Translations under genes and position numbers: made by a program
Shown: positions 18,394-27,633 of the stretch, piece by piece
How the letters are laid out: every line of letters begins with the position of its first letter
Numbering within the stretch: the first letter of the stretch is position 1
From: an uncultured Muribaculaceae bacterium
GTDB lineage: Bacteria > Bacteroidota > Bacteroidia > Bacteroidales > Muribaculaceae
Direction: 5' to 3'
Length of the DNA: 54,208 bases
Assembly (NCBI GenBank): GCA_938039795.1
Contig: CALHWU010000164.1
Coordinates: 1 to 54,208 of the forward strand
The notes under the pieces: model-generated
The model's database searches: none
What the model saw: the letters and a program-made list of their open reading frames with translations, nothing else
What the model was told of the DNA's origin: nothing

Positions 18394-19953
18394 ATGATCA
18401 GAAGATTCGCACTCGTATCATCACTGCTTGCGCCTTTCACTTTTGTCGCGAAGGCTGCGGCTCCCGAACAGCCTACCGGCCCGCAGCGGCCCAACGTCAT
18501 AATCATCCTCGCCGACGATCTCGGCTACGGCGACATGGAGCCTTACGGCGCAACCCGCGTGCAGACACCCAACGTCGACCGCCTGGCAGCGCAGGGCACG
18601 AAATTCACCAATGTCCATGCCGTGGCCTCCACCTCCACCCCCTCGCGCTACTCGCTCCTGACAGGCGAATATTCCTGGCGACGCCCCGACACAGGCATAG
18701 CGCCCGGCAACGCTGCCATGATCATCAAGCCCGAGCAGTACACGATGGCCGACATGTTCCGCAATTCAGGCTACCGCACCGCAGCCATAGGCAAATGGCA
18801 CCTCGGGCTCGGCGACAAGGGCGGACAGCAGGACTGGAACGCGCCCCTCCCCGCATCACTCGCCGACATTGGCTTCGACTACCACTATATCATGGCGGCC
18901 ACCGCCGACCGCGTGCCCTGCGTATTCATCGAGAACGGATCTGTCGCCGACTATGATCCGGAGCATCCGATAGAGGTCAGCTACCGGGAGAATTTCCCCG
19001 GAGAGCCCACCGGCAAGGATAACCCCGAATTGCTCTACAACCAGCGCAGCGACTTCGGCCACAATCAGTCGATCGTCAACGGCATAGGCCGCATCGGCTA
19101 TATGAAGGGCGGAGGCCGTGCGCTCTGGAAGGACGAGAACATAGCCGACTCCATCGCAGCCCACGCGATAGGATTCATGGAGAGAGCCGTGGCCGAAGGC
19201 GACGAACCGTTCTTCATGTATATGTGCACCAACGACATCCACGTGCCACGCTTCCCCCACGAGCGCTTCCGCGGCAAGAACCCGATGGGACTGCGCGGCG
19301 ACGCCATAGCGCAGTTTGACTGGACTGTCGGCCAGGTCATGCACGCACTTGACTCCCTCGGCATCGCCGACAACACTCTGGTCATACTGACAAGCGACAA
19401 CGGTCCCGTGCTCAACGACGGCTATCTCGATCAGGCCGTGGAACTCGTGGGCGACCATCGCCCGACAGGGCCCTTCCGCGGCAACAAATACAGCGCTTTC
19501 GAAGGCGGCACGATGGTTCCCGCAATCGTCCGCTGGCCAGGCCATGTCAATGCCGGACGTACGAGCGACGCCCTCATGAGCCACATCGACTGGATGGCCT
19601 CGCTCGGCTCGCTCATAGGAGCCACCCTCCCAAAAGGAGCGGCCCCCGACAGCCGCGAGCGTCTGGGCAACCTGCTGGGCACCGACACTGCGGATACTCC
19701 CTGGATCGTAGAGCAGGCGGCCGATCTGTCGGTGCGCACGCCCCGATGGAAATATATCGCGCCCACCGACGGAGCCGCCGTCAGCTATTACGAGAAGATC
19801 GAGACCGGCGCCGACCCGATGCCGCAGCTATATGACATGACTTCCGACAAGGGGGAGCGCGTCAATGTTGCCCTCGAAAACCCGCAGGTGGTCTACGAGC
19901 TGCAGAACATCATGCGGCGTGTCCGCGCGAAAAAAGGATACCGCGGAGAGTGA
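18394..19953 (+). CDS. Secreted Ser-type S1 sulfatase (arylsulfatase-like)
   Basis: Signal peptide; PNVIIILADDLGYGD, STPSR (SxPxR formylglycine motif), GKWHLG, TSDNG. Confidence 0.92.
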   Translation: MIRRFALVSSLLAPFTFVAKAAAPEQPTGPQRPNVIIILADDLGYGDMEPYGATRVQTPNVDRLAAQGTKFTNVHAVASTSTPSRYSLLTGEYSWRRPDTGIAPGNAAMIIKPEQYTMADMFRNSGYRTAAIGKWHLGLGDKGGQQDWNAPLPASLADIGFDYHYIMAATADRVPCVFIENGSVADYDPEHPIEVSYRENFPGEPTGKDNPELLYNQRSDFGHNQSIVNGIGRIGYMKGGGRALWKDENIADSIAAHAIGFMERAVAEGDEPFFMYMCTNDIHVPRFPHERFRGKNPMGLRGDAIAQFDWTVGQVMHALDSLGIADNTLVILTSDNGPVLNDGYLDQAVELVGDHRPTGPFRGNKYSAFEGGTMVPAIVRWPGHVNAGRTSDALMSHIDWMASLGSLIGATLPKGAAPDSRERLGNLLGTDTADTPWIVEQAADLSVRTPRWKYIAPTDGAAVSYYEKIETGADPMPQLYDMTSDKGERVNVALENPQVVYELQNIMRRVRAKKGYRGE

Positions 19954-20000
19954 TCCCTGCGGCATCCCGTTCCATTTCAATCAGTCATCCTGTTTTCAGG

Positions 20001-21059
20001 TCAATACATCGGTGTGAATCCTTTGCCGGGTTTCATCAGTGAATTGACCTCGCCGGCCGCATTGCCGAGAGTGGAGGTATCGAGCTTCCACACCGGCTGC
20101 CCCTTGCGGAGATCCACCTTGGTGAGGTCTATGTAGACCATGCCCGGATTGGTCACGATGTCGAAGTAGTATTGCCGGTCGGTCAGGTTGGCGAACGAAC
20201 GCCACTGCGTCGACGACACGTTAGGCTCCGACTCTATGGCATACTGGTAGGGCACCGAGACATTCATCAGTATGCTTCTGATCGTGGCCAGACCCACCTG
20301 ACGGTTGTCGGTGCGCTTGACATGAGTGGCGAAATACGTGCCTCTCACAAAGCGGTCAGGGCTCTTGACTGTGCCGGGAAGCATGTTGCCGCCCCCTACG
20401 TTCTGCCAGTAGTTCTCTATGGCCATCATCTGCGGATACTGCGGATCATTGGTCATGGCCGGCATGTCGTTTCCCTCGTACAGCCTAACGTGGCCGTGAT
20501 CGAATTCAAGTATCGCGCAGCGTCCCTCGGCGTCTGTTATGCCCCAGTGGAGAGTCGAGGCCGTTCCGCCGTCGAAAGTGGCTCCGTATATATCGAAATT
20601 GTGTTCGCGGAGCACCTTCACGACCTCAGGCGTCGTGGCGTTCATATCGAGCAGCCAGCCCACGAACATGGCCAGCGACATTGAGGGTCGACCGGCGGTG
20701 GAATCGTTCGTGTATACCGTGCCTTTGCAGAAGAGGCCGTTGATCACGAGCCCCTTCTCGTTCATTCCCTCGGTGATGCCGCCGTCGTAGCCCACGGCAT
20801 AGACCGCGCCGTATTTCGACGTCCAGCGCACGGCGTTCGCCGCCGGACTACCCTGCTTGGCGATCCCGCGGGGATATACGTAGAGATTTGTCGGAATAGG
20901 CGTTTTCCAGTCGAGCGAACGTCCCACTATCAGCAGCGTGGAGTCGCCGCGATACAGTATCCGCGAGCAGGCCTCGGCCTGAGGCGCCGAAGCGATAGCG
21001 GCGACGGCGGCAAGTATAGCCGGCACCACGATTTTCTTGATATTCATAACCTTTGACAT
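20001..21059 (-). CDS. Secreted choloylglycine hydrolase / penicillin V acylase family (Ntn-hydrolase; bile salt hydrolase-like)
   Basis: Signal peptide ending AEA then C-S-R (N-terminal Cys nucleophile); GRSLDW, GMNEKGL, MTNDP, SPDRFVR; start may be 21047. Confidence 0.88.
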   Translation of the reverse strand: MSKVMNIKKIVVPAILAAVAAIASAPQAEACSRILYRGDSTLLIVGRSLDWKTPIPTNLYVYPRGIAKQGSPAANAVRWTSKYGAVYAVGYDGGITEGMNEKGLVINGLFCKGTVYTNDSTAGRPSMSLAMFVGWLLDMNATTPEVVKVLREHNFDIYGATFDGGTASTLHWGITDAEGRCAILEFDHGHVRLYEGNDMPAMTNDPQYPQMMAIENYWQNVGGGNMLPGTVKSPDRFVRGTYFATHVKRTDNRQVGLATIRSILMNVSVPYQYAIESEPNVSSTQWRSFANLTDRQYYFDIVTNPGMVYIDLTKVDLRKGQPVWKLDTSTLGNAAGEVNSLMKPGKGFTPMY

Positions 21060-21080
21060 CTTTTCGGTTTACCCCATTAC

Positions 21081-21105
21081 AACAATCCCGCCCCCGCTGT
21101 GGTTC
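21081..21105 (-). promoter_or_regulatory. Candidate ECF-sigma promoter (GAAC-N17-TGTT)
   Basis: Minus strand gaac-cacagcgggggcgggat-tgtt upstream of the hydrolase; a TACTTTTG (21112-21119) lies just upstream as well. Confidence 0.4.
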
Positions 21106-21216
21106 GCTACGCAAAAGTATCTCCATCCTGTTCCTTCGGTCGTAAAGCCATCGCTTTTCAGATATTTTATTTTGCAAGCATATCTACAGATGTAAAATAA
21201 TAACTACATTTGCCGT

Positions 21217-22068
21217 ATGAAACTGATAGGAGCACACGTATCGGCCGAAAAAGGGGTAAGCCTCGCGCCGGTCAACGCGGCGGCCATTGGCGCCAACGCT
21301 TTCGCATTGTTCACCCGCAACCCGTCGCGATGGCGATCGCCCGCCATCAAGCAAGCCGAAGCCGAAGCGTTCAAGGACAACTGCCTGCAGCTTGGATTCG
21401 CCCCCGGCGCCATACTTCCCCACGACAGCTATCTGATAAATCTCGGCGCCCCCGAGGCCGAAAAACTCGAAAAGAGCCGGGAGGCATTTCTCGACGAGAT
21501 ACGCCGCTGCGAGCAACTCGGCCTGACGATGCTCAACTTCCACCCCGGAAGCCATCTCAAGGCCATGGAGAGCGACGCATGCCTCGATCTTATCGCCGAC
21601 TCGATCAACGAGGCGCTCAGCCTCACCACCGGAGTAAAAGCGGTCATAGAGAACACGGCCGGACAGGGCACCAACCTCGGGTTCACCTTCAGTCAGCTCG
21701 CCCGCATCATCGACCGCGTCGCCGACAAAAGCCGTGTGGGAGTCTGCATCGACACCTGCCATGCTTTCGCGGCCGGCTATGATCTCGCCACGACCGAAGG
21801 CTATGAGGCCACATGGCGCGAATTCGACTCTACGATCGGACTCGGCTATCTCAGCGCGATGCATATCAACGACTCGAAGCGCGGGCTCGGCTCACATATC
21901 GACCGTCACGAATCGCTCGGCAATGGAGCCATCGGCATCGACTTTTTCCGCCGGCTTATGGCCGATCCACGTTTCGACGGCATACCCCTGATCCTGGAGA
22001 CACCCGACGAATCGCTCTGGCCCGAAGAGATCGCCATGCTGCGACGGTTTGCAGGTCAGAACGAATAA
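21217..22068 (+). CDS. nfo: Endonuclease IV
   Basis: [52 protein letters not shown]. Confidence 0.97.
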   Translation: MKLIGAHVSAEKGVSLAPVNAAAIGANAFALFTRNPSRWRSPAIKQAEAEAFKDNCLQLGFAPGAILPHDSYLINLGAPEAEKLEKSREAFLDEIRRCEQLGLTMLNFHPGSHLKAMESDACLDLIADSINEALSLTTGVKAVIENTAGQGTNLGFTFSQLARIIDRVADKSRVGVCIDTCHAFAAGYDLATTEGYEATWREFDSTIGLGYLSAMHINDSKRGLGSHIDRHESLGNGAIGIDFFRRLMADPRFDGIPLILETPDESLWPEEIAMLRRFAGQNE

Positions 22069-22553
22069 GTCAGTCCCACGACAATCCCCGGCCCGATGCC
22101 TTTGGAAGTGACCGCCACCCCGGCGGCCGCACCGAAACCCCATCGGCGCCGAGCGTGCCGCCCGCGTGCTATCACGCTGCTTACCACCCTGTCCTCCCCG
22201 TAGATGCGCAGGCTGTCGAGACTCGGCCGGTAGCCGCTCACCCATGCCTCGTAGCGGTCGCCCGCATAGCGCACTCTCTCCACCGGCAGACTGACCTCCA
22301 CGCTGTCGGGCGTAGCGGCGCAAGTATCGGCGGTGGCGACCTCCGCCCGCGCCAGAATATTGCCTGCGGGAAACCGTTCCACCACGACTGGACGGTCGAT
22401 CACCACCGTGTCACGCAGCCTCACCGTGTCGCGCCGGATTTCCACAAATTGATCCGTCTGATCGGCGCTCTTTCCCCCGTAAAGACTCCTGCCGGCGACA
22501 AAACCGACAGCCGCGGCCAACAGGGCTGTAATAATAATTCCGATTGCTTTCAT
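22056..22553 (-). CDS. Membrane-anchored hypothetical protein, DUF6808-like (phage-associated family)
   Basis: N-terminal TM helix, DT repeats, [15 protein letters not shown] motif, C-terminal Gly-rich beta-hairpin ending TYSF; own TAATTTTG element 4 nt upstream. Confidence 0.65.
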   Translation of the reverse strand: MKAIGIIITALLAAAVGFVAGRSLYGGKSADQTDQFVEIRRDTVRLRDTVVIDRPVVVERFPAGNILARAEVATADTCAATPDSVEVSLPVERVRYAGDRYEAWVSGYRPSLDSLRIYGEDRVVSSVIARGRHARRRWGFGAAAGVAVTSKGIGPGIVVGLTYSF

Positions 22554-22644
22554 GGCGCAAAATTACCCTCCGCTGCCACGACCGGCGAAGCGCATTTGTC
22601 GCATTGCCGCCAAAAAGCTAACTTTGCAGAAAATATTTCCGACT

Positions 22645-23661
22645 ATGAGCATCAATATACTTGGCATAGAGTCGTCGTGCGACGACACCTCGGCTGCCGT
22701 GATTTCCGACGGCCTGTTACTATCCAACGTAATAGCCTCGCAGGCCGTACATGAGGAGTATGGCGGCGTGGTGCCGGAGCTCGCATCAAGAGCCCATCAG
22801 CAGAACATCGTCCCGGTGGTCGACGCCGCCCTCAAGCGCGCGTCGCTCAAGCCCTCCGACCTCTCGGCCATCGCTTTCACCCGCGGCCCGGGACTGCTCG
22901 GATCGCTGCTCGTCGGCACATCGTTCGCCAAGGGAATGTCGCTCGGACTGCGCATACCCATCATCGACGTCAACCATCTCCACGCCCACGTGCTCTCCCA
23001 CTTCATCCGTCAGAATCCCGACGACCGCGTGCCGCAGTTCCCATATCTCTGCCTCCTCGTGTCGGGCGGCAACAGCCAGATCATACTCGTGAAGTCCCAC
23101 TCCGACATGGAGATCCTCGGGCAGACCATCGACGACGCCGCCGGCGAGGCCTTCGACAAGTGCGCCAAAGTGATGGGACTCCCCTATCCGGGCGGTCCCC
23201 ACATCGACCGGCTCGCCGCTGAGGGCGACCCTCACCGATTCCACTTCGCCAAGCCCCACATCGCCGGGCTCGACTACAGCTTCAGCGGACTGAAAACGTC
23301 GTTTCTCTATACTCTCCGCGACGCCATTGCCGCCGATCCCGGCTTCATCGAGGCCAACAAGGCCGATCTGGCGGCATCGCTGCAGCATACCATCATAGAG
23401 ATACTCACCGACAAGCTCCGCAAGGCGATCCGGCTGACCCGCGTGGCCACCGTGGCCATCGGAGGCGGCGTCTCGGCCAACAGCGGCGTGCGCGAGGCCG
23501 TCGCGCAGCTCTGCCGCGAGGAGGGCGTCGAGTCGTTCATACCGCCGCGTGCGTTCACCACCGACAATGCAGCCATGGTGGCCATCGCCGGCTATTTCAA
23601 ATATCTCGACAAGGATTTCTGCTCCTACTCCGAAGCACCTTTCGCGAGAGTGACCGTCTGA
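22645..23661 (+). CDS. tsaD: tRNA N6-adenosine threonylcarbamoyltransferase
   Basis: ILGIESSCDDT, GGVVPELASRAH, NHLHAH, DDAAGEAFDK, TDNAAM; TAACTTTG at 22619-22626. Confidence 0.97.
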   Translation: MSINILGIESSCDDTSAAVISDGLLLSNVIASQAVHEEYGGVVPELASRAHQQNIVPVVDAALKRASLKPSDLSAIAFTRGPGLLGSLLVGTSFAKGMSLGLRIPIIDVNHLHAHVLSHFIRQNPDDRVPQFPYLCLLVSGGNSQIILVKSHSDMEILGQTIDDAAGEAFDKCAKVMGLPYPGGPHIDRLAAEGDPHRFHFAKPHIAGLDYSFSGLKTSFLYTLRDAIAADPGFIEANKADLAASLQHTIIEILTDKLRKAIRLTRVATVAIGGGVSANSGVREAVAQLCREEGVESFIPPRAFTTDNAAMVAIAGYFKYLDKDFCSYSEAPFARVTV

Positions 23662-23681
23662 AAAACTTCTTTCACCACACA

Positions 23682-24932
23682 ATGAAAACCACTATAATCG
23701 TCATCGGCGACGAACTGCTCATCGGACAGGTCACCGACACAAACAGCGGCATGATAGCCCGGCTCATGGCGCCCCACGGATGGGAAGTCGAGCAAGTGAT
23801 GACCGTGGCCGACGACGCCGAGGCGATACGCTCCGCCATCAGCCGCGCGCTCGATTCCACTCCGGTCGTACTGACCACCGGAGGCCTCGGCCCGACCAAG
23901 GACGACATAACCAAACCGGTGCTCGCCTCCATATTCGGCGGCGAGCTGCGCGAAGATCCCGAAGTGCTCGCCAACGTGCGCGACGTCGTGGCACGCCGAG
24001 GTCTTAAACTCAACGACCTTACGGCCGCCCAGGCCATCGTCCCTACATCGTGCCGCGTCATCCAGAACCGCGTGGGCACCGCGCCCCTGATGTGGTTTGA
24101 GCGCACCGACGGCCATGTGCTCGTGGCTATGCCCGGAGTGCCGTTCGAGACACGCGAGATGTTCTCCACCGCCGTCATGCCGCAGCTGCTTGAGCGCTTC
24201 CCCTCGCCCGACCATTTCGAGCGGCGCACCGTTGTTGTGGCCGACATCTCGGAGTCGGCGCTCGCCACCCGCCTCTCCTCCTGGGAAAGCGCGCTTCCCC
24301 CTTACGCCCATCTTGCATATCTGCCCAAGCCGGGCGTGCTGCGCCTGCGGCTCGACGGCCGGCATGCCGATGGGGAATTTCTGCGGGCCGAAATGGACCG
24401 GCTCGCCGGCGAGCTCGCCGCTCTTGCCGGCGACAACCTGTTGTGTCTCGGCGACGTCACTCCCGCGCGCTGCCTCCTCGACAATCTTATAAGCCGCGGC
24501 CTGACAGTCGGCACCGCCGAAAGCTGCACCGGAGGCAACATAGCCCACGTCATCACCGCCGAAGCCGGCAGCTCGGCCGCAATGCTCGGCGGCGTAGTGT
24601 CGTACTGCAACGACGTGAAGCGCTCTCTGCTCGGCGTCAGCCCGGAGTCGCTTCAGGCCCACGGAGCCGTCAGCATCCCGGTAGTCAGAGAGATGGCTGA
24701 AGGAGCGCGCAAAGTCCTCGGGTGCGATGTGGCTCTCGCCACGAGCGGCATAGCCGGCCCTGGCGGTGCCGTGCCCGGCAAACCGGTGGGCACCGTCTGC
24801 ATCGCCGTCGCCTCGCCATGGGGCGTCTGGGCCGACACGTTCCATTTCCCCGGCAACCGCGAGCGCGTCATCGACCGCGCCACCACCACCGCCATCATCC
24901 GCGCCATCCGCGAGATGCAGGCACGCTCCTGA
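23682..24932 (+). CDS. cinA: CinA family protein (MoCF-like domain + PncC NMN deamidase domain)
   Basis: IGDELLIGQVTDTN, TTGGLGPTKDDIT, AESCTGG, SGIAGPGG. Confidence 0.92.
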   Translation: MKTTIIVIGDELLIGQVTDTNSGMIARLMAPHGWEVEQVMTVADDAEAIRSAISRALDSTPVVLTTGGLGPTKDDITKPVLASIFGGELREDPEVLANVRDVVARRGLKLNDLTAAQAIVPTSCRVIQNRVGTAPLMWFERTDGHVLVAMPGVPFETREMFSTAVMPQLLERFPSPDHFERRTVVVADISESALATRLSSWESALPPYAHLAYLPKPGVLRLRLDGRHADGEFLRAEMDRLAGELAALAGDNLLCLGDVTPARCLLDNLISRGLTVGTAESCTGGNIAHVITAEAGSSAAMLGGVVSYCNDVKRSLLGVSPESLQAHGAVSIPVVREMAEGARKVLGCDVALATSGIAGPGGAVPGKPVGTVCIAVASPWGVWADTFHFPGNRERVIDRATTTAIIRAIREMQARS

Positions 24933-24991
24933 CGGCAATTCCTCGCCTGACAGCAGCACGTCTAACCACATAAGATCTGCTCATCGAAAAC

Positions 24992-25032
24992 AAGGCCCTG
25001 CGTCGCTGACCGAATCATCGACGCAGGGCCTT
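24992..25032. terminator. Probable bidirectional terminator between convergent cinA and S9 peptidase
   Basis: aaggccctgcgtcg / cgacgcagggcctt 14-bp inverted repeat with A-rich left and T-rich right flanks. Confidence 0.75.
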
Positions 25033-25054
25033 TGCTATGCTTTATGCAGGTGGA

Positions 25055-27526
25055 TCACTCACCCGGTATCTCCGGGTAGAGGGTATCCCACCACTCGGGA
25101 TCATCCTGAAGCCAGCGGGCGAACCATGCGAAGATCGTGTCCTGCCAGCGGCGCCGCTTGTCGTAGTCGAGTATGTGATGATCCTGATCTTTGACGGCCA
25201 CAAACGCAGTGGGGCGGCCGAGAAGTTTGAGCGCGGTAAACATCTGTATGCTTTCTCCCACAGGCACGTTCACATCCTTGTCGCCGTGGAGGAAAAGCAG
25301 CGGAGTATGGATCCTGTCGGCGCGGAACAGCGGGCTCTGGTCGACAAACAGATCCTTGCGCGTCCAGGGATATGAGCCCCCCATCGACACCTCGCTGTAG
25401 GAGTAGCCCCAGTAGCCCTCGCCCCAGTAGCTCGTATGGTCGCTGATGCCGGCGTGGGATATCGCGGCGGCGAAGATATCGGTCACCGTCTGCAGATACT
25501 GCGTCATGAATCCGCCGTAGGAGGCGCCTATGCACCCTATCTTGTCGGCATTGACCCATGGATTCTCCCGGCAGAACTGTCTGGTACCCTCGATTATATC
25601 CTCGGCTACTCCCTGACCGGCAGTGTTGACATGGCGCGATGAGAATTCCTGTCCGAAGCCCGTGGCTCCGCTCGGATTGACCACGAGCACCACGTAGCCG
25701 AGATGCGCGTAGGCGTTGTGGGGATAGCGGCTCTCGAAGTCGCGTCCGGTCGGCGAGCATCCGCCGTAATAGTTGACTATCATCGGATATTTCTTCGAAG
25801 GATCAAACGAGGGGGGCAGATAGTAGCGGCCATGGATACTGTCGCCGCGCGAGTTGACGTAGCTCCAGGGATGGAATTCGCCCAGCTCTACGTCGGCGAG
25901 CTGCGCGGCCATAGGCTGGTCCACCAGCGTCGCCGCATCCTTGCGAAGATCCAGGCGGTAGAGGCGGTCGGCGTTCTGAGGTCCGTGACCGGTGAATGCG
26001 GCGAGGCTGCCGGTCTGCGCAATGGAGAAAGAGCCGGCCATATCCTCCGGAAGCACGATACGGCTGATTTTGCCCGACTTCGGGTCGAGCCGATAGAAAC
26101 TCATCTGATCGCGGTTTTCGGCCGTGAAATATATCTTGCCGTCAGCCTTGCTCCACTCCACAGATCCGACACTCGGATCGAAATCGCGCGTCATCGGCCT
26201 GAAGCTGCGGTCGGAGCGCGAATAGACGTAAAGCTGATTGTCGACCATCGACGGCACGCGTCCATCGGGCACGCGGTTGCCTATGCCGCCGAGAGCCTCG
26301 GGCGAGCCGGTCACGGCCACCTCCGACGCATCGGGCGAGAACAGCGCGCCGCCTATGAATCCGTCGTCGGCCACGATCGTATCGAGACTCATGTCGTCGA
26401 GGTTAAGTATGGCAAGAGTGAACACCGATGTGGGCCGCTTCTCCAGACGGCTGCGCGACAGGCGCACCAGCACCTCGCGCGAGTCTGCGCTGATGTCGAG
26501 CGGCTGCACGGTCGTGTGGCCGAATGTCAGCGGCTGCATGATGCCCGTGGCGATGTCGTATGAGGCCAGATTGTAGCGGGTGCGCCATCCCGGCTGACGG
26601 TCCTCGGGCTCCGATATGCGGTAGACGTCGGGATTCTCCTTGTATCCCTCCTCGGCGACGTAATATATCAGGGTCCGCTCGTCGGGAGTAATCATGAAAT
26701 ACCCCTCCGGCAGATTCCAGGCCATAACTTCCTCATTGCCCGTGGCAGCATCGACCACCCGGAGTTCGCGGCCGCCGATCCCTTCGGCTGTATAATAATA
26801 GCGGTCGGTCGAGGGCATCCAGGCTGCATCGGCGCGCTCGCGGCGTGCGGAGCCCTTTGCGTCGGGGCCGATCAGCATCGAGTAGCGGTCGATCTGTCCA
26901 CCGCTCCTCGCCTCCTCGTAGCGGGCAAGCATATAGCGTCCCGAAGGCGACACCGCCACCGAGCGCACCCGCCGTCCGCGGAGCACATCCTCGAGAGTGT
27001 ACATACGCCGCCGGTCCTCTCTCACCTTCATTTTTTCAGGCGTCGCGGTGACGTAGCTTATGCGCGGCGCCGCGGCCGTATCGCCGGGCTGACGCAGCCA
27101 CGCGAGCTCCACCTTGTGGGTGGCGGGCGTAAGCTGCATCTCCTCTCCAGCAGCCGCCGGGCGTCCGTCGACGGTCATGAGATAATGGTCGGCGCCGTCG
27201 ACAAGAATCCTGGCTTTGGCAAACGAGCGGTTCTCGAGACTGAAACCGAGACCCGCCACTTCGGTTTGCAAGGGTGTGGTCGCCGGAGCGGCATCCGCCG
27301 TCGGCTGATCGCTGAAACGCGGCATCCGCTTCAGCAGCGCCGAAGCCCGGTCGATTTTTTTAGCCTTGATGTCGACGGAATCGATCATCACCGGCCCCTT
27401 CACCGGCAGAGGGCTGTAATACAAGATGGATTTCACCTCCACGGTGTCGGGCGTCGCCGCGCCGGGAGCCGCCGCAACCGGCAGAGTCAGGGCCATTGCG
27501 CCCGCAACAAGTATCTTTTTCATCAT
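25055..27526 (-). CDS. Secreted S9 (prolyl oligopeptidase family) serine peptidase with beta-propeller
   Basis: Signal peptide MMKKILVAGAMALTLPVAA; GASYGG (Ser), HGDKDVNV (Asp), QDHHI (His); start uncertain between 27523 and 27550. Confidence 0.9.
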   Translation of the reverse strand: MMKKILVAGAMALTLPVAAAPGAATPDTVEVKSILYYSPLPVKGPVMIDSVDIKAKKIDRASALLKRMPRFSDQPTADAAPATTPLQTEVAGLGFSLENRSFAKARILVDGADHYLMTVDGRPAAAGEEMQLTPATHKVELAWLRQPGDTAAAPRISYVTATPEKMKVREDRRRMYTLEDVLRGRRVRSVAVSPSGRYMLARYEEARSGGQIDRYSMLIGPDAKGSARRERADAAWMPSTDRYYYTAEGIGGRELRVVDAATGNEEVMAWNLPEGYFMITPDERTLIYYVAEEGYKENPDVYRISEPEDRQPGWRTRYNLASYDIATGIMQPLTFGHTTVQPLDISADSREVLVRLSRSRLEKRPTSVFTLAILNLDDMSLDTIVADDGFIGGALFSPDASEVAVTGSPEALGGIGNRVPDGRVPSMVDNQLYVYSRSDRSFRPMTRDFDPSVGSVEWSKADGKIYFTAENRDQMSFYRLDPKSGKISRIVLPEDMAGSFSIAQTGSLAAFTGHGPQNADRLYRLDLRKDAATLVDQPMAAQLADVELGEFHPWSYVNSRGDSIHGRYYLPPSFDPSKKYPMIVNYYGGCSPTGRDFESRYPHNAYAHLGYVVLVVNPSGATGFGQEFSSRHVNTAGQGVAEDIIEGTRQFCRENPWVNADKIGCIGASYGGFMTQYLQTVTDIFAAAISHAGISDHTSYWGEGYWGYSYSEVSMGGSYPWTRKDLFVDQSPLFRADRIHTPLLFLHGDKDVNVPVGESIQMFTALKLLGRPTAFVAVKDQDHHILDYDKRRRWQDTIFAWFARWLQDDPEWWDTLYPEIPGE

Positions 27527-27554
27527 TATCATGACTGGTTTCTGTTTCACACCT

Positions 27555-27592
27555 CAAAGTTACGCAAAAAAGATAATTTTTCCCTACCTTTG
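27555..27592. promoter_or_regulatory. Back-to-back divergent primary-sigma -7 elements
   Basis: TAACTTTG on minus (27555-27562) and TACCTTTG on plus (27585-27592). Confidence 0.65.
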
Positions 27593-27633
27593 TAGTCATA
27601 ACGATAAATCAAAACATTACCGAATCAATCCAC

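Noticed and set aside
22786..24971. 298-aa and 448-aa minus-strand ORFs
   Set aside because: Antisense shadows of tsaD and cinA
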